From a virus (lineage: Duplodnaviria > Caudoviricetes): 64,000 bases of DNA. The position numbers and the translations under genes are program-made. Where the stretch lies: the IMG/VR virus record IMGVR_UViG_3300028886_000035, positions 128,001 to 192,000 of that record; one strand, written 5' to 3'. Positions 10,830-21,488 of the stretch are shown here, one piece after another (within the stretch, counting starts at the first letter, position 1; each line of letters opens with the position of its first letter). The notes under the pieces were generated by a model. It searched no databases. It was not told the DNA's origin and saw nothing but the letters and a program-made list of their open reading frames with translations.

Positions 10830-12283
10830 GGGAACAACAACTCACTTTTCGTTCTACCTGAAAGTTTAATCATCGTAGTAAGTTTCTTCTGATACTCATT
10901 AATCAGAAGATTGAGTTTCTTCACAATGGTTGCATGGTTATCAGAAACATGGTCTACCCAATCATAATTAACTTTTGCTAAACCACAATTGGTTTTTACG
11001 AAATATGTATCATACTTATAGCTATCAGGTTTATATGTATCCTGTTTATCAATAACAACGTAACCGTGTTCAAATTCAAGGGTTTTAAACCCATTGACTT
11101 TAGCATAATCTTCCAAACGGAAAGTCGCTTCAGTAAGAGTATCGAATGCCAATTCCAATTCTGTATTATCAACGTTCTTTTTGTGTTTTGTTACGTTAAA
11201 TCCACAATTAATAAACTCTTTTGGAGTCTGCGGAAGATACGTAGAACCATAACGATAGTATCTCTTATTATATCTTCTGCTAAAAGCTATAGGAGTAGTC
11301 ATGCGAACCGTAACGGAACTGTTATCAATAATGGGGACAGATATACGGTTATATTCCTTGCCTAAAATACGTTTTGCAAGAGCTTTCTGATGACGGTTCA
11401 TTTTATCAAATCTCGTAAATAAAGTCATAAATGTATCATAGATGATTTTTGTTTCTTTGTTTACGTTTTTGATACGTTTCAGGACGTTGAATATATCAAA
11501 TGGAGTAGTAAGAGTAAAATATGCCTCGCCAATTTTAATTCTGCAAAAAACATTAGGAACATTAAGTGCATTTTTCCTTTTTACAGAAATAATGTATTTC
11601 TCTTCCTTACTTGCATTTTTGTCATAAGGATAAGAATTATATCTTCTATTACCAATATTAGGAGAAGCACTATCATGAATAACGTTAAATAAAGACATAA
11701 TAATACCATCGTTTTTATGATAATAGTAAAGAGATTTAAAAATATCATCTTTATTAATATCATTATGAGTATAGTCATATCCAAAATCTTTATCCTTATT
11801 TACGAGCTTGTAAAATTTGAAAGAATTTTTTGGTGTTTCAATATTATAGTAAGTTTTAAAACCTGATTTAACATATACCTTTTTACCAAAAAAGTTATTA
11901 AAACAGACTAATGTATAACTACTATTAGATTTAGCCATACAATCATCAAGAATGAGAACATCATATAATTCAATATTGCTATCAGGTTCGGTTTCATTAA
12001 AATGAATGTGGTCATAATCATAAGTAGAATAAGAGCCATTCCAACTACTTACGGAATAAGACATATTATAAGTAGTGAAATAACCAATTTTATTCTGTAC
12101 TTCACGTTCCAGAGTTTGAAGGTACTGTTCCGTATTTTTATTGTTAAGTTTATTTCCGTTATATTTAACAACAACAATACGATTATTATACATAGCTGTA
12201 GAATACATGATACGATTTTTTGTAAAACTATGATTAAGAATATCTTCATTCAAATCAATTAAATATTTTCTAAATGATTTCAT
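10817..12283 (-). CDS. Hypothetical protein, paralog of 12419..13765
   Basis: Shared blocks IL.xSFT, CFNNFxGxK, VRMxTPIxF and YFVxxxxG; own TTGACA promoter and GGAGG RBS. Confidence 0.8.
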   Translation of the reverse strand: MKSFRKYLIDLNEDILNHSFTKNRIMYSTAMYNNRIVVVKYNGNKLNNKNTEQYLQTLEREVQNKIGYFTTYNMSYSVSSWNGSYSTYDYDHIHFNETEPDSNIELYDVLILDDCMAKSNSSYTLVCFNNFFGKKVYVKSGFKTYYNIETPKNSFKFYKLVNKDKDFGYDYTHNDINKDDIFKSLYYYHKNDGIIMSLFNVIHDSASPNIGNRRYNSYPYDKNASKEEKYIISVKRKNALNVPNVFCRIKIGEAYFTLTTPFDIFNVLKRIKNVNKETKIIYDTFMTLFTRFDKMNRHQKALAKRILGKEYNRISVPIIDNSSVTVRMTTPIAFSRRYNKRYYRYGSTYLPQTPKEFINCGFNVTKHKKNVDNTELELAFDTLTEATFRLEDYAKVNGFKTLEFEHGYVVIDKQDTYKPDSYKYDTYFVKTNCGLAKVNYDWVDHVSDNHATIVKKLNLLINEYQKKLTTMIKLSGRTKSELLFPCEN

Positions 12284-12418
12284 TGTTAATTAACCTCCCA
12301 CTTTGTATTTCTTTCTTTGTTAATATTATAATAACATATTTTGTTTCATTTGTCAATAGTTTTAATTAATTTTTTTAAATAAAATCCCTATCTACATAGA
12401 TAGGGATTAGGGAAGGTA

Positions 12419-13765
12419 TCAATTTTCTTTTTTAATAAGACTATTAATAAATGAATTTACGTCTGTTCCACGCATTTTAGCCATTGTCGTGATATATTTA
12501 TCGTATTCGTCACGCAAAGCGATTGTACGGCGATACAGAGAGTTTTTGGGGAGTTTCTTTTTATCTTTTGTCTCCCATTTAGCGGTAACTAAATCAATAT
12601 TGGTAAACCCTGTAATACTATTAACGAAATAATCGTTGTTTTCTTCTTTCGTTCCTTTGATTACAACTTTTCCGTTTTTAAAATCGACAACTTTAAATCC
12701 ATTGTCTTTATACTGTTCAATATCAGGATAATTATAAATAAGAGATTCTACCAAAATATTGATAGCTTTCATATCATTTTTATCAACGTCACCTGTAATT
12801 TCAAAACTATTGTCGTACGTCATTTTATCATCTTTACAGAAAGAATGAAAATAGTTCTTATCTTTGTTAAAATAGTACTGTGTACTATCATCAAAGAAAC
12901 CATAGTTGAAACCAATAGGCGTAATCATGCGTACACGCACATTACCATTATTGAAAACGTCATTATGGATAGAGTCAAAATTCTTATTCAAGAATTTCTT
13001 ACTGATTTCAATTTCTTCATTCGTCATTTTTTCAAAATCCTTAAACATCACTTCAAAATATTTCTGAAGCGTATTCATATTTTTATCATCTTTCATGGCT
13101 CTAAAAATGAAGAAAATCTGTTCAATGACATAGATAGGATAAGGAACATTATCAATGATAATTGTGCAATATAACTGCGGAATGATATATTTATTGTATT
13201 TGCACAATTTATTAAAAGCATCATCAAAATCATCTTCAGCACTATCCAAAATCATATCTTGTGGAATACGGAGTCCAAAGATAATAGCGTCATTTCCTTT
13301 ACGATAAACAACAGATTTGTGAATATCAGGAGCACCATTAATACAGGTATCGACAAATGAAACCTCGTTATTTTTTGCATTCAAATACATAGATTTGTAT
13401 AAATACATATTATCGGAATAATTCTTATTTTTAAATGTGGTAAGTAGACCAATTTTGTGTCCCATAAAATTATTGAAACAATAAATTGAATAGCTCATAC
13501 CATTAGAAGCATACATTTTATGCGAATTGATAGTCATAATATTGTACATTTCTACGTTGTCAATATTATTTTCTTCCATATTATTCACGAAGAAATCTCG
13601 TTCACTAGGCGTACAATTGTTTTTGTCGAATTGTCCAATTATAATATCATATTTGTTTTCTTCATCGCGAATATACTTATGAGTAATAGGATGTTCTGTG
13701 AAAGAATTTTCAAGAATTTCATCTTCAATTTGTGTAAACAACTTGTTCATTTTATTTACCTCCAA
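12419..13765 (-). CDS. Hypothetical protein, paralog of 10817..12283
   Basis: 448 aa; start probably at MNKLF after GGAGG; own promoter and terminator. Confidence 0.8.
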   Translation of the reverse strand: MEVNKMNKLFTQIEDEILENSFTEHPITHKYIRDEENKYDIIIGQFDKNNCTPSERDFFVNNMEENNIDNVEMYNIMTINSHKMYASNGMSYSIYCFNNFMGHKIGLLTTFKNKNYSDNMYLYKSMYLNAKNNEVSFVDTCINGAPDIHKSVVYRKGNDAIIFGLRIPQDMILDSAEDDFDDAFNKLCKYNKYIIPQLYCTIIIDNVPYPIYVIEQIFFIFRAMKDDKNMNTLQKYFEVMFKDFEKMTNEEIEISKKFLNKNFDSIHNDVFNNGNVRVRMITPIGFNYGFFDDSTQYYFNKDKNYFHSFCKDDKMTYDNSFEITGDVDKNDMKAINILVESLIYNYPDIEQYKDNGFKVVDFKNGKVVIKGTKEENNDYFVNSITGFTNIDLVTAKWETKDKKKLPKNSLYRRTIALRDEYDKYITTMAKMRGTDVNSFINSLIKKEN

Positions 13766-13873
13766 TTAGTTTTTGTCCTTTTTCTTTGTAATTATATATT
13801 AGCACATAATGTACTGTTTGTCAACAATTTTAATTAACTTTTTTAAAAAAAGATAACCATTTTATAGGTTATC

Positions 13874-14359
13874 TTATAATCCATCTTGTATAATGAATAG
13901 TTTATAAATTTGTGCCATGTTTCTATGTTGTAAATAAAATTTAAACAAGTCTAATAATAACTGTACATCTTCATTATCATAATAATGTTCTTGTAAAAAT
14001 GTTAGCAATTCACCATATAATTTATCGTTAGAAATTGTATAATTGAAATTCTCCATAGTAGCTGGTTTTTTGAATTTCCAATTATCGGTAGAAAAGGTAA
14101 ATGAACGTTCAGAATTCAGTTTATGTATTGTAATCAAATGAATTTTAATACTGTATTTTGCTACATTATAGTTTATAGTTGGTTTTTCCCTATAAGTTGT
14201 AAATTTAGAATAAGTATAGTCTAAACTGTAATCTATTTGAATTTCTATTGATGAACTGATAACATGATGAATTAGTTTATATCCTGTAATTTGATAATCT
14301 TGAAACATGGAATTGTTTCTCACTTTGATTATATCAGAAGTTTCTATTTTATAATCCAT
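13874..14359 (-). CDS. G-hydrophobic C-terminus family protein
   Basis: Ends KLFIIQDGL*. Confidence 0.65.
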   Translation of the reverse strand: MDYKIETSDIIKVRNNSMFQDYQITGYKLIHHVISSSIEIQIDYSLDYTYSKFTTYREKPTINYNVAKYSIKIHLITIHKLNSERSFTFSTDNWKFKKPATMENFNYTISNDKLYGELLTFLQEHYYDNEDVQLLLDLFKFYLQHRNMAQIYKLFIIQDGL

Positions 14360-14866
14360 ATTTTTTTACTCCCATTAATTGTACTTAATTTATTATTTTA
14401 TGTTTATGTAATAAATAACAGTACAAAGATGAAAAAAGGTATAAAAATAATCATATATTTATAATTATATGATTTATTTTTTTGACATTTTCATAAAATC
14501 TATAAAAGATTTTATATAGTTGTTGTAATAAGCAGGAAAATTATAAATAGATTGATACCAAATAAAATGATTTTCACATTTTTCTTTGTAATTGACTAAT
14601 ATATCAACAATAAAATGTTGATTTGTAGAATAAAAAAAGTTTATATGATATTTATATTGGTTTATATATAGCAAGTATTCATAAGAAATATTCAACATGT
14701 TTACATTTGATGCTGGTGCAACAACAATTTTTTTTGTAAAATGAATAGAAATAACAAAATTATATAATTTTATATATAGTTGATATAGTATCGTTATAAT
14801 TGAATTAATGGGAGAATATATAATCATTAAAAATTGTAATATATCTTTCATAGTATTATATTCCAT
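14349..14866 (-). pseudogene. Probably truncated G-hydrophobic family member
   Basis: ORF 14474..14866 stops in an A-run. A downstream frame ends VKKYGL* at 14349, overlapping the next ATG as neighbouring genes do. Confidence 0.4.
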
Positions 14867-15293
14867 GAAACATAATATATCGTTTATATAATAAATTCTT
14901 ATCCATATATTTTAAGAAATATGTGGGATAGGTTTGTTTTATCATGTTTTGATATATGTGTGGATTATCCTCTGTATGAATAGAATATAATAAAGTATCA
15001 AGTGATTTTCGCATTTGATGTTTATTTAAATATGGTGGTTTCATAAATGATATAGACATAGCAACATTTTTTTCATAACATGATATATGTAAACGTATAT
15101 GTATATCTAAATCTAATTTATTTACATATACAATATATTGAAAACGATATACATCGTATGTATTTTTTGATATACTTGTATCAGTGGTATATATATCATA
15201 TGTATCGCATAATAATATATATAATGATTTGGGTATTTGTGATTTGGGTATTTGTGATTTAAAATTTTTAACGGAAAGAAAATGCATAATCAC
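14856..15293 (-). CDS. G-hydrophobic C-terminus family protein
   Basis: Ends KRYIMFHGI*; in-frame 15-bp duplication (KSQIP x2). Confidence 0.65.
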   Translation of the reverse strand: MIMHFLSVKNFKSQIPKSQIPKSLYILLCDTYDIYTTDTSISKNTYDVYRFQYIVYVNKLDLDIHIRLHISCYEKNVAMSISFMKPPYLNKHQMRKSLDTLLYSIHTEDNPHIYQNMIKQTYPTYFLKYMDKNLLYKRYIMFHGI

Positions 15294-15892
15294 ATACCTA
15301 CTTTCTGAATTGATTTTATAATAAATTTGTTGTAGTCTTTCTTTACATATTTATTGAAAGAATATTTAATAAAACAGTAAATAAAAATATATTCACAAAT
15401 CATACTAATTAAATCCATGTTTGTTGATTTAATATATGATTTTATAGATTTTGATAAAGCATGATAATCCGTTTCAAAATTTATAGCATTGTTTTGGTCA
15501 AAACAATGTTTATTATATTTTATTTTGATATTTGGATAATAATATACTAAGTCATCTTTAATATTAAAGTTTTTTAAATAAAAAAATACACTAGTAGATT
15601 TATTGAATAACAAAATGTTATAAAATTTTGTTGAAAGTAGATTGAAATCTTTATATTTATTCATATTCTTCTTATTAAAATCAAAATATTTATCTAGTCT
15701 TTTTATAGCTAATTCACAAATACCATATTTATCTTTCATATAAGTTAATTGTTCTGTTTCTTCATATATTTTAGAATATAGTATAATGTACAATAAATTA
15801 ATTGGTAATGTAATAATATGAAATAATGGTATAATAATATTATACCATTTATTGATAATCCAATTAAATAGGTTCTTTAAATGCCAAAACAT
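15290..15892 (-). CDS. G-hydrophobic C-terminus family protein
   Basis: Ends KSIQKVGM*. Confidence 0.6.
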   Translation of the reverse strand: MFWHLKNLFNWIINKWYNIIIPLFHIITLPINLLYIILYSKIYEETEQLTYMKDKYGICELAIKRLDKYFDFNKKNMNKYKDFNLLSTKFYNILLFNKSTSVFFYLKNFNIKDDLVYYYPNIKIKYNKHCFDQNNAINFETDYHALSKSIKSYIKSTNMDLISMICEYIFIYCFIKYSFNKYVKKDYNKFIIKSIQKVGM

Positions 15893-16278
15893 TTTGTCAC
15901 ATCATCCATTGTAAAATGAGGAAAATTTTTTAAAGCGTTTGGCTGAACTTCGTAATAAGAAGATAAATCGTGACGAATAAAATCAGTTAAAATATTCTTC
16001 ATTTTGATATGCAGTTTATTTTTATTTTTTTCAGTCAAAAAATATTTATATGTTTTTGTCCAAAATTCATTCATGCAATATGTACAATAAAAATATTGTT
16101 TATCAAAATTATAATTAATTGTATATATTACATTAGTTGTATTATTAGAGATATGGTTATGACCAAAAAGTTCAATAGTTTCTTTATTTGCATAAAAAAT
16201 TTGTTGTTCCCATGTACTTGTTTCGTTCATTAAAGACGTAGTAATAAAACCTTTTTTGTAAACGTTTTTTATAACCAT
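15877..16278 (-). CDS. G-hydrophobic family protein, close paralog of 16291..16701
   Basis: YTINxxxD...NIL...NFPHxT shared; ends KCFGI*. Confidence 0.7.
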   Translation of the reverse strand: MVIKNVYKKGFITTSLMNETSTWEQQIFYANKETIELFGHNHISNNTTNVIYTINYNFDKQYFYCTYCMNEFWTKTYKYFLTEKNKNKLHIKMKNILTDFIRHDLSSYYEVQPNALKNFPHFTMDDVTKCFGI

Positions 16279-16290
16279 AATTAGTACCTC

Positions 16291-16701
16291 TTATAAGCCA
16301 AAAGTTTTTACAATAATTTCTTTGGTAATGTGTGGAAAGTTCATAATATAATTTTTTGTATATCGAACTTTTTCATGATGATAATTTTTTAGTTTATCTA
16401 CTAAAATATTTTCTAATTTTTTATAAAGAACTTTTTCTTTATTATAATCACAAATATATCTATGTTCATCAAAACCACAATCATCTATTGCATATACCAT
16501 ATACAGAGTATTGTCATTATAATCAAAATTGATTGTATACTCTAAAATATGGTCACTTTCAGAATAAAAATAGCAATTGTACATAGAAAAATAGCAACTG
16601 TACATAGGAATGGATTGTTTAGAATGATAGATTTGTTGATTTTTCCATCTATCTATTTCTCTTTGTGATACAAATGTATTATGGTAATTGATAATAGGCA
16701 T
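16291..16701 (-). CDS. G-hydrophobic family protein
   Basis: Ends IIVKTFGL*; AGGAG RBS and TTGACA promoter upstream. Confidence 0.7.
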   Translation of the reverse strand: MPIINYHNTFVSQREIDRWKNQQIYHSKQSIPMYSCYFSMYNCYFYSESDHILEYTINFDYNDNTLYMVYAIDDCGFDEHRYICDYNKEKVLYKKLENILVDKLKNYHHEKVRYTKNYIMNFPHITKEIIVKTFGL

Positions 16702-16817
16702 TTGTGATTATCTCCTTTCTTTGTTTTTATATATTATATTATATCACTTATACAGTATATTTGTCAACATTTTTTTTAAATAACAAATCCCTTATGTAAA
16801 TACATAAGGGATTTTTG

Positions 16818-17180
16818 TTATAATATCTGTGGCGAAAACCCCACGGGCTTGCCCGTGGGTATTAGTGAGTTCGTAGAAGTTACATTAATTCGTTTACCAT
16901 GAACAATTTCCTTTAAATTACGTGATACACCTGTATAATTTTCAAGTGGTTTTTGTTCATTTACTTGAAAATCGCTTGATACAGTTTGGTGAGAAAATGT
17001 TTTTGGAAGTGATAAACGATTTAACTCTGCACATATTCCATCAATGTAATCAATTTTTTCTTGCAGACGTGTTTGCAATAACTCTTTTTCTCTCTTTAAT
17101 AACATATATTGAGTTTCTAAATTTTTATATTTAGCTTTTAATTCAATATATTTATCGTTTATATCATATATATTACTCAT
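16818..17180 (-). CDS. Hypothetical coiled-coil protein
   Basis: 120 aa; its 3' end runs through an IS200/IS605-like end hairpin. Confidence 0.6.
   Translation of the reverse strand: MSNIYDINDKYIELKAKYKNLETQYMLLKREKELLQTRLQEKIDYIDGICAELNRLSLPKTFSHQTVSSDFQVNEQKPLENYTGVSRNLKEIVHGKRINVTSTNSLIPTGKPVGFSPQIL
16820..16865 (-). mobile_element. Isolated IS200/IS605-like terminal hairpin remnant
   Basis: CTAATACCCACGGGCAAGCCCGTGGGGTTTTCGCCAC: GC-rich hairpin followed by GGTTTTxGCCAC, resembling IS605/IS1341 end motifs. Confidence 0.4.
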
Positions 17181-17191
17181 TTCAAAACTCC

Positions 17192-19051
17192 TTATTTAAG
17201 TAGTTTAATTAATTCTTCTTCTGTAATAATTGGAATATTTAATCGACGAGCTTTATTAGCTTTTGTTGAAGTTGATGTTTTATTATTCATAACTAAATAA
17301 TTGGTTTTTTTAGTAACTGTGCCTGTTACTTTATACCCTTTTGCTTCTATCAAATTAATATATTCTGTACGAGGTTTTGATAATGTACCTGTGATAACAA
17401 AAGATAAATTTTTGGTTTCTATTTCGTTATCAATTGGAGTAATATATTTACGTAATTCTTCCATTTCAGAAATAAATTTATCTGAAATTAATTTTTTTGC
17501 GGTTTTTTCACCAATACCATCAATAAAGGTTAAATCAGATTTTGTTGTAAGAATAGCATATAATTTATCATAAGAATGAAATGTATGCGCAAGTAATTTT
17601 CCAACATTAATTCCAATATCAATAAATCCAATGGAAGATATAAATACTTCTAATGGTAATTCCTTAACAGATTTGATTTCATTGAAAAGATTTTGAGAAC
17701 TTTTTTCTGCAAATCCATCTAATTGTTTGATTTGTTGTAACGTTAAATTGAATATATCTGTTGGTTTATTTACAAATCCTTTATCAATTAATTTAATAAT
17801 AGTTTGTTCGGATAAACCTTTTACGTTAATATTTTTCTTAGAAAACATATATTCAATTCTACTTACAAGTTTACCTTTACAGGTATCATTTGTACAAATT
17901 AGATTATATGAATTTGTATTTGTATTCTGCTTTGTCAATGGTTGTCCACAAGAAGGACAAGTAGAAGGAATAGTTAGTTTTTCTCCATTAGATGATTGAA
18001 TTTTTTGTGTAATTTTTGGGATAATTTTATTGGCTTTAATAACCATAATAGTATCACCAATATGAAAATCAAAATATTCTGCAATACCTGCATTTGATAA
18101 TGTGGCTTGTGATACTGTTGTACCTTCTAATTGAATCGGGTCAAAAATAGCAATTGGAGTAATACATTCCTTTCCAACTTGCCATTTAATGTCTCTAATT
18201 GTTGTTGTTTTTGCTTCGTCCTGTGCTTTATAGGCAAAAGCATTAAGTGGGTGATGAACAGTAGAACCAAATTTTTCTAGGCTATGTTCAATATTTGATT
18301 TAACAACAATACCATCAATAGGAATATCTTTGTTAATGTTATCTTGATACATTTGTTCAATGTATATAATAATTCTATCTGATGAACAATTTGGTAATAA
18401 GTATGATACTGTATTGAACGAAGTATTTTCTTCAATATATTTTAATTTATCCAATTCACTTTTATCATAGCCTATTACATCATAAGCTAGAAATTGGATT
18501 TTATCGAGGTAGGGACTTTTATCCAATCTACGTAAAATACCTGCTGCTGCATTTCTTGCGTTGGCAAAAAGTGGCTGGTTTTGTTTTTTTTGTTGTTCAT
18601 TAATCCATTCAAAATCAGACTGCGTTAAAAATGCTTCTCCACGAATAGGATATTCAGAATGATTTGGTTCACATGGGAAATTGTTAAGAACTTCACCATT
18701 TGAACCATTACCTCTTGTAACAAATTCTCCATTCGGATAAGCAACAATGGTTAATCCATCTAGTTTTAATTCAAGTACTACAGGGTATAGTTTTTTAATA
18801 GTTTTATTTAGTTTTTCTTTTTCATAAAATTTGATTTTATCCAACGAATTTATATTAGTAGGATGTTTAAAAGGTTTTAATCCTTTTTTAATATGTCCTG
18901 AAATATAATCTAATTCTTTTTTACCAAAATGAGTGATGAACTCATTACGGAGATTATCGTAATCTTCATCACTCATAATTGGGTTATCATTATCATAATA
19001 TGCTATATCTGCATTTTTGATTTTTTGAAGTAATGTATCATGTAAAATCAT
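17192..19051 (-). CDS. ligA: NAD-dependent DNA ligase
   Basis: AYY..DNPIMSDEDYD domain Ia, KLDG adenylation motif, TRGNG, RGE, NARNAAAG, DGIVVK, OB fold, CPSC..C..C zinc finger, HhH repeats, BRCT (FVITGTL). Confidence 0.97.
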   Translation of the reverse strand: MILHDTLLQKIKNADIAYYDNDNPIMSDEDYDNLRNEFITHFGKKELDYISGHIKKGLKPFKHPTNINSLDKIKFYEKEKLNKTIKKLYPVVLELKLDGLTIVAYPNGEFVTRGNGSNGEVLNNFPCEPNHSEYPIRGEAFLTQSDFEWINEQQKKQNQPLFANARNAAAGILRRLDKSPYLDKIQFLAYDVIGYDKSELDKLKYIEENTSFNTVSYLLPNCSSDRIIIYIEQMYQDNINKDIPIDGIVVKSNIEHSLEKFGSTVHHPLNAFAYKAQDEAKTTTIRDIKWQVGKECITPIAIFDPIQLEGTTVSQATLSNAGIAEYFDFHIGDTIMVIKANKIIPKITQKIQSSNGEKLTIPSTCPSCGQPLTKQNTNTNSYNLICTNDTCKGKLVSRIEYMFSKKNINVKGLSEQTIIKLIDKGFVNKPTDIFNLTLQQIKQLDGFAEKSSQNLFNEIKSVKELPLEVFISSIGFIDIGINVGKLLAHTFHSYDKLYAILTTKSDLTFIDGIGEKTAKKLISDKFISEMEELRKYITPIDNEIETKNLSFVITGTLSKPRTEYINLIEAKGYKVTGTVTKKTNYLVMNNKTSTSTKANKARRLNIPIITEEELIKLLK

Positions 19052-19449
19052 TATTTATCTTCTCCAATCAATTCTCCATGATATGAAAGATAATTCAAAC
19101 ATTTATCAACGGCTTTAGCAAACTGCTTAGTGTTATTGTTTGTACAATGATTATAAGCATATCCGTTTGCGTTTTTAAGAATTTTTGGAACGTCTTTCAT
19201 AGATATAAATGCTTCACAGAATTTATCTTTTTCTGATTTGAATAAGCATCTATTATTATCGGTTACATCATCTACACGATAATTGACCAGCAATTTATCA
19301 TTTTTTTGCGCAATATCAATCACATATTGATATCTAAATGCGTCCGATGTGAAGAAAAACAATTGTCGAATGAGTTGACCATCAATATTCTTACTGTTAC
19401 ATTTGTGACGAAAAGTAACTTTGTAATTCATAACACTTATCCTTTCCAA
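19051..19449 (-). CDS. Hypothetical protein
   Basis: 132 aa; its stop overlaps the ligase start. Confidence 0.65.
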   Translation of the reverse strand: MERISVMNYKVTFRHKCNSKNIDGQLIRQLFFFTSDAFRYQYVIDIAQKNDKLLVNYRVDDVTDNNRCLFKSEKDKFCEAFISMKDVPKILKNANGYAYNHCTNNNTKQFAKAVDKCLNYLSYHGELIGEDK

Positions 19450-19799
19450 TATGACATATTATTTGTATTCAGATATAGATAAATATAATTTTCATCTTTA
19501 TCTACTGTAGGACTACAATTATCCATTTGACCTATATTTTTCATTATCAATGAATTGTGTAATTCTGATGAAATACGCCAATACTCTGCATCGTTAATGA
19601 ACGTAATATATGGGTCATGCAATGAATGTTGTTTGACTAAATTAGCAAATATAATCATAATAATGTTTCGACAAAAAACCTCTAATGTATGGTTCAAGAA
19701 ATATTTATGATTATCTGAATTGGCATCAAGAAACTCTTCCAATGATTGTTTAATCACTTTAATGTATTTTTTGTTTTTTACAATAATTTCTACAATCAA
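19437..19799 (-). CDS. Hypothetical protein
   Basis: 120 aa, in the same operon; AAGGTGG RBS. Confidence 0.6.
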   Translation of the reverse strand: MIVEIIVKNKKYIKVIKQSLEEFLDANSDNHKYFLNHTLEVFCRNIIMIIFANLVKQHSLHDPYITFINDAEYWRISSELHNSLIMKNIGQMDNCSPTVDKDENYIYLYLNTNNMSYWKG

Positions 19800-19813
19800 T
19801 TTTATACCACCTT

Positions 19814-21382
19814 TTAACAGATAATTGTTTCTTCAATGTCACGTTTGTAATCCTTGTTATAAGGAATATATGCACGGAGTTTATTCATACGGTCAAGATA
19901 AAAGCATACCTTACCATTATCATAATCCATTACATTATATACCAAATCATCATCAGTTTCAACAATATTCGTATTGAATTTTAGACCATTTACTTCTTCT
20001 CTCAAATCGTCAGGAGGAACTTCTGAAAGGATATCGGTTGTAAGGTGTTTAAGCAAATCGTCTTTACCGAATTTACGTGCATGACGCAAGTCATATACTG
20101 CAAATTCTTCTTGTTCTTCTTCAATGCGAACAAAAACATTTTCATTGACTTTGCCAATGTCAATATATGGCGTTTTGTATTTATCTTCAATCAAATGTCC
20201 GTGATAAAAAGAATTGTTTTCATATGGGATTTTGTATTTTGGATTGTTATCTTTATCCAAATATACAAATACATAGAAATCGTGATAACCATCAATATGG
20301 CACTTTACTTTATAAAAGTATACATGTTCATACTGAATATTTTCTTCTCCACATTCTGCCATCTTTTCATCATCAATTTTGGTTTCAATTGTAACGGAAT
20401 GCTTTAGTTTCATTTCCAACTCTTTTTTGAGCCAATTCAAGTTAAAAGAGTTTTTAATTTCATCATGAGAACTTTCTTTGGCTTCTACCTTTTCATCTTT
20501 AATTTTCTCTACAGGAATACCATTCCATTTGAATAGATTTACACGAGAAAATTTATTTCTGCAAATACCTTTACGAATAATTCCTTTGCGGAAATCTTTG
20601 TCCATTTTTTTGAAGTCTGCGTAATCAATTTCTTTGTTACTTTTTGGTTCAATGGTAAAACGGTTAAGGTTATTTCCAATAACAGGAATGTAAAGTCTTA
20701 AAGTGTTTTTGTTATCAATGAAAATGTAGCCAAAGAAATCTAAATTATCTTTAGAAGAAAAACGCATTACCAAGTGTGGGACAATATCGTTTGAAAAATA
20801 TTCAACTTTTACATTAGTAATGTCATCATAATCAATGGCAACGATACAATCTTTGTATACAAAGTCTAAGATGCTTGCATCCATATCTTTATTATATACA
20901 TATTCGATGTACTTATCGAATTGTTCTTTATCAATAGTAGCATAGCTAACCATTTGCTTGCGAGAACGACCAGGACAAATATGCTTATGAAAATCATCAT
21001 AAATATTGTGAATACTGTCTTTACTATCGAACCATTTGCTTAATTCAGTAGAATCAAGAGGAATAGCATGACGAATGTGGTTTTTATCTTCCTTAGAAAG
21101 AAAATTGTGTTTTGGGATATATGCGCGCAACTTATCGTTTATATCATAGTACAAAACAAAGAATACAGGCATTTCGTCCGATTTATGAGCACTACAAAGA
21201 TATGTATATGTTCCTTTTGCATAATACATAAAATTGTCGAAAGTCATATCAACTTTTTTAAAGTCTGATTTAACTTTTTTGTAAAGTTTATCCAAATTAT
21301 CCATTTCATTCAGAACATCTTCACTTGTTTTGTCCATCGTCATGCGTTTCATTTTTATTCTCCTTATCTTCTTCGGTATCAT
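19814..21382 (-). CDS. Hypothetical protein with four internal repeats of hhhDxxxxLRxYIP
   Basis: YYDINDKLRAYIP, FIDNKNTLRLYIP, YLDKDNNPKYKIP, YLDRMNKLRAYIP. Confidence 0.8.
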   Translation of the reverse strand: MIPKKIRRIKMKRMTMDKTSEDVLNEMDNLDKLYKKVKSDFKKVDMTFDNFMYYAKGTYTYLCSAHKSDEMPVFFVLYYDINDKLRAYIPKHNFLSKEDKNHIRHAIPLDSTELSKWFDSKDSIHNIYDDFHKHICPGRSRKQMVSYATIDKEQFDKYIEYVYNKDMDASILDFVYKDCIVAIDYDDITNVKVEYFSNDIVPHLVMRFSSKDNLDFFGYIFIDNKNTLRLYIPVIGNNLNRFTIEPKSNKEIDYADFKKMDKDFRKGIIRKGICRNKFSRVNLFKWNGIPVEKIKDEKVEAKESSHDEIKNSFNLNWLKKELEMKLKHSVTIETKIDDEKMAECGEENIQYEHVYFYKVKCHIDGYHDFYVFVYLDKDNNPKYKIPYENNSFYHGHLIEDKYKTPYIDIGKVNENVFVRIEEEQEEFAVYDLRHARKFGKDDLLKHLTTDILSEVPPDDLREEVNGLKFNTNIVETDDDLVYNVMDYDNGKVCFYLDRMNKLRAYIPYNKDYKRDIEETIIC

Positions 21383-21488
21383 GATAATTAAATAATACTT
21401 TAGTTACCCTGACAATTGTATTACAAATCAAAAATAAAAGAAAGAAGGTTAATATTGGACTATTATTCATAAAATCAAATATCGTCAT
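21321..21488 (-). CDS. Small single-pass membrane protein
   Basis: MTIFDFMNNSPILTFFLLFLICNTIV hydrophobic segment plus a charged tail; start overlaps the upstream stop. Confidence 0.55.
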   Translation of the reverse strand: MTIFDFMNNSPILTFFLLFLICNTIVRVTKVLFNYHDTEEDKENKNETHDDGQNK

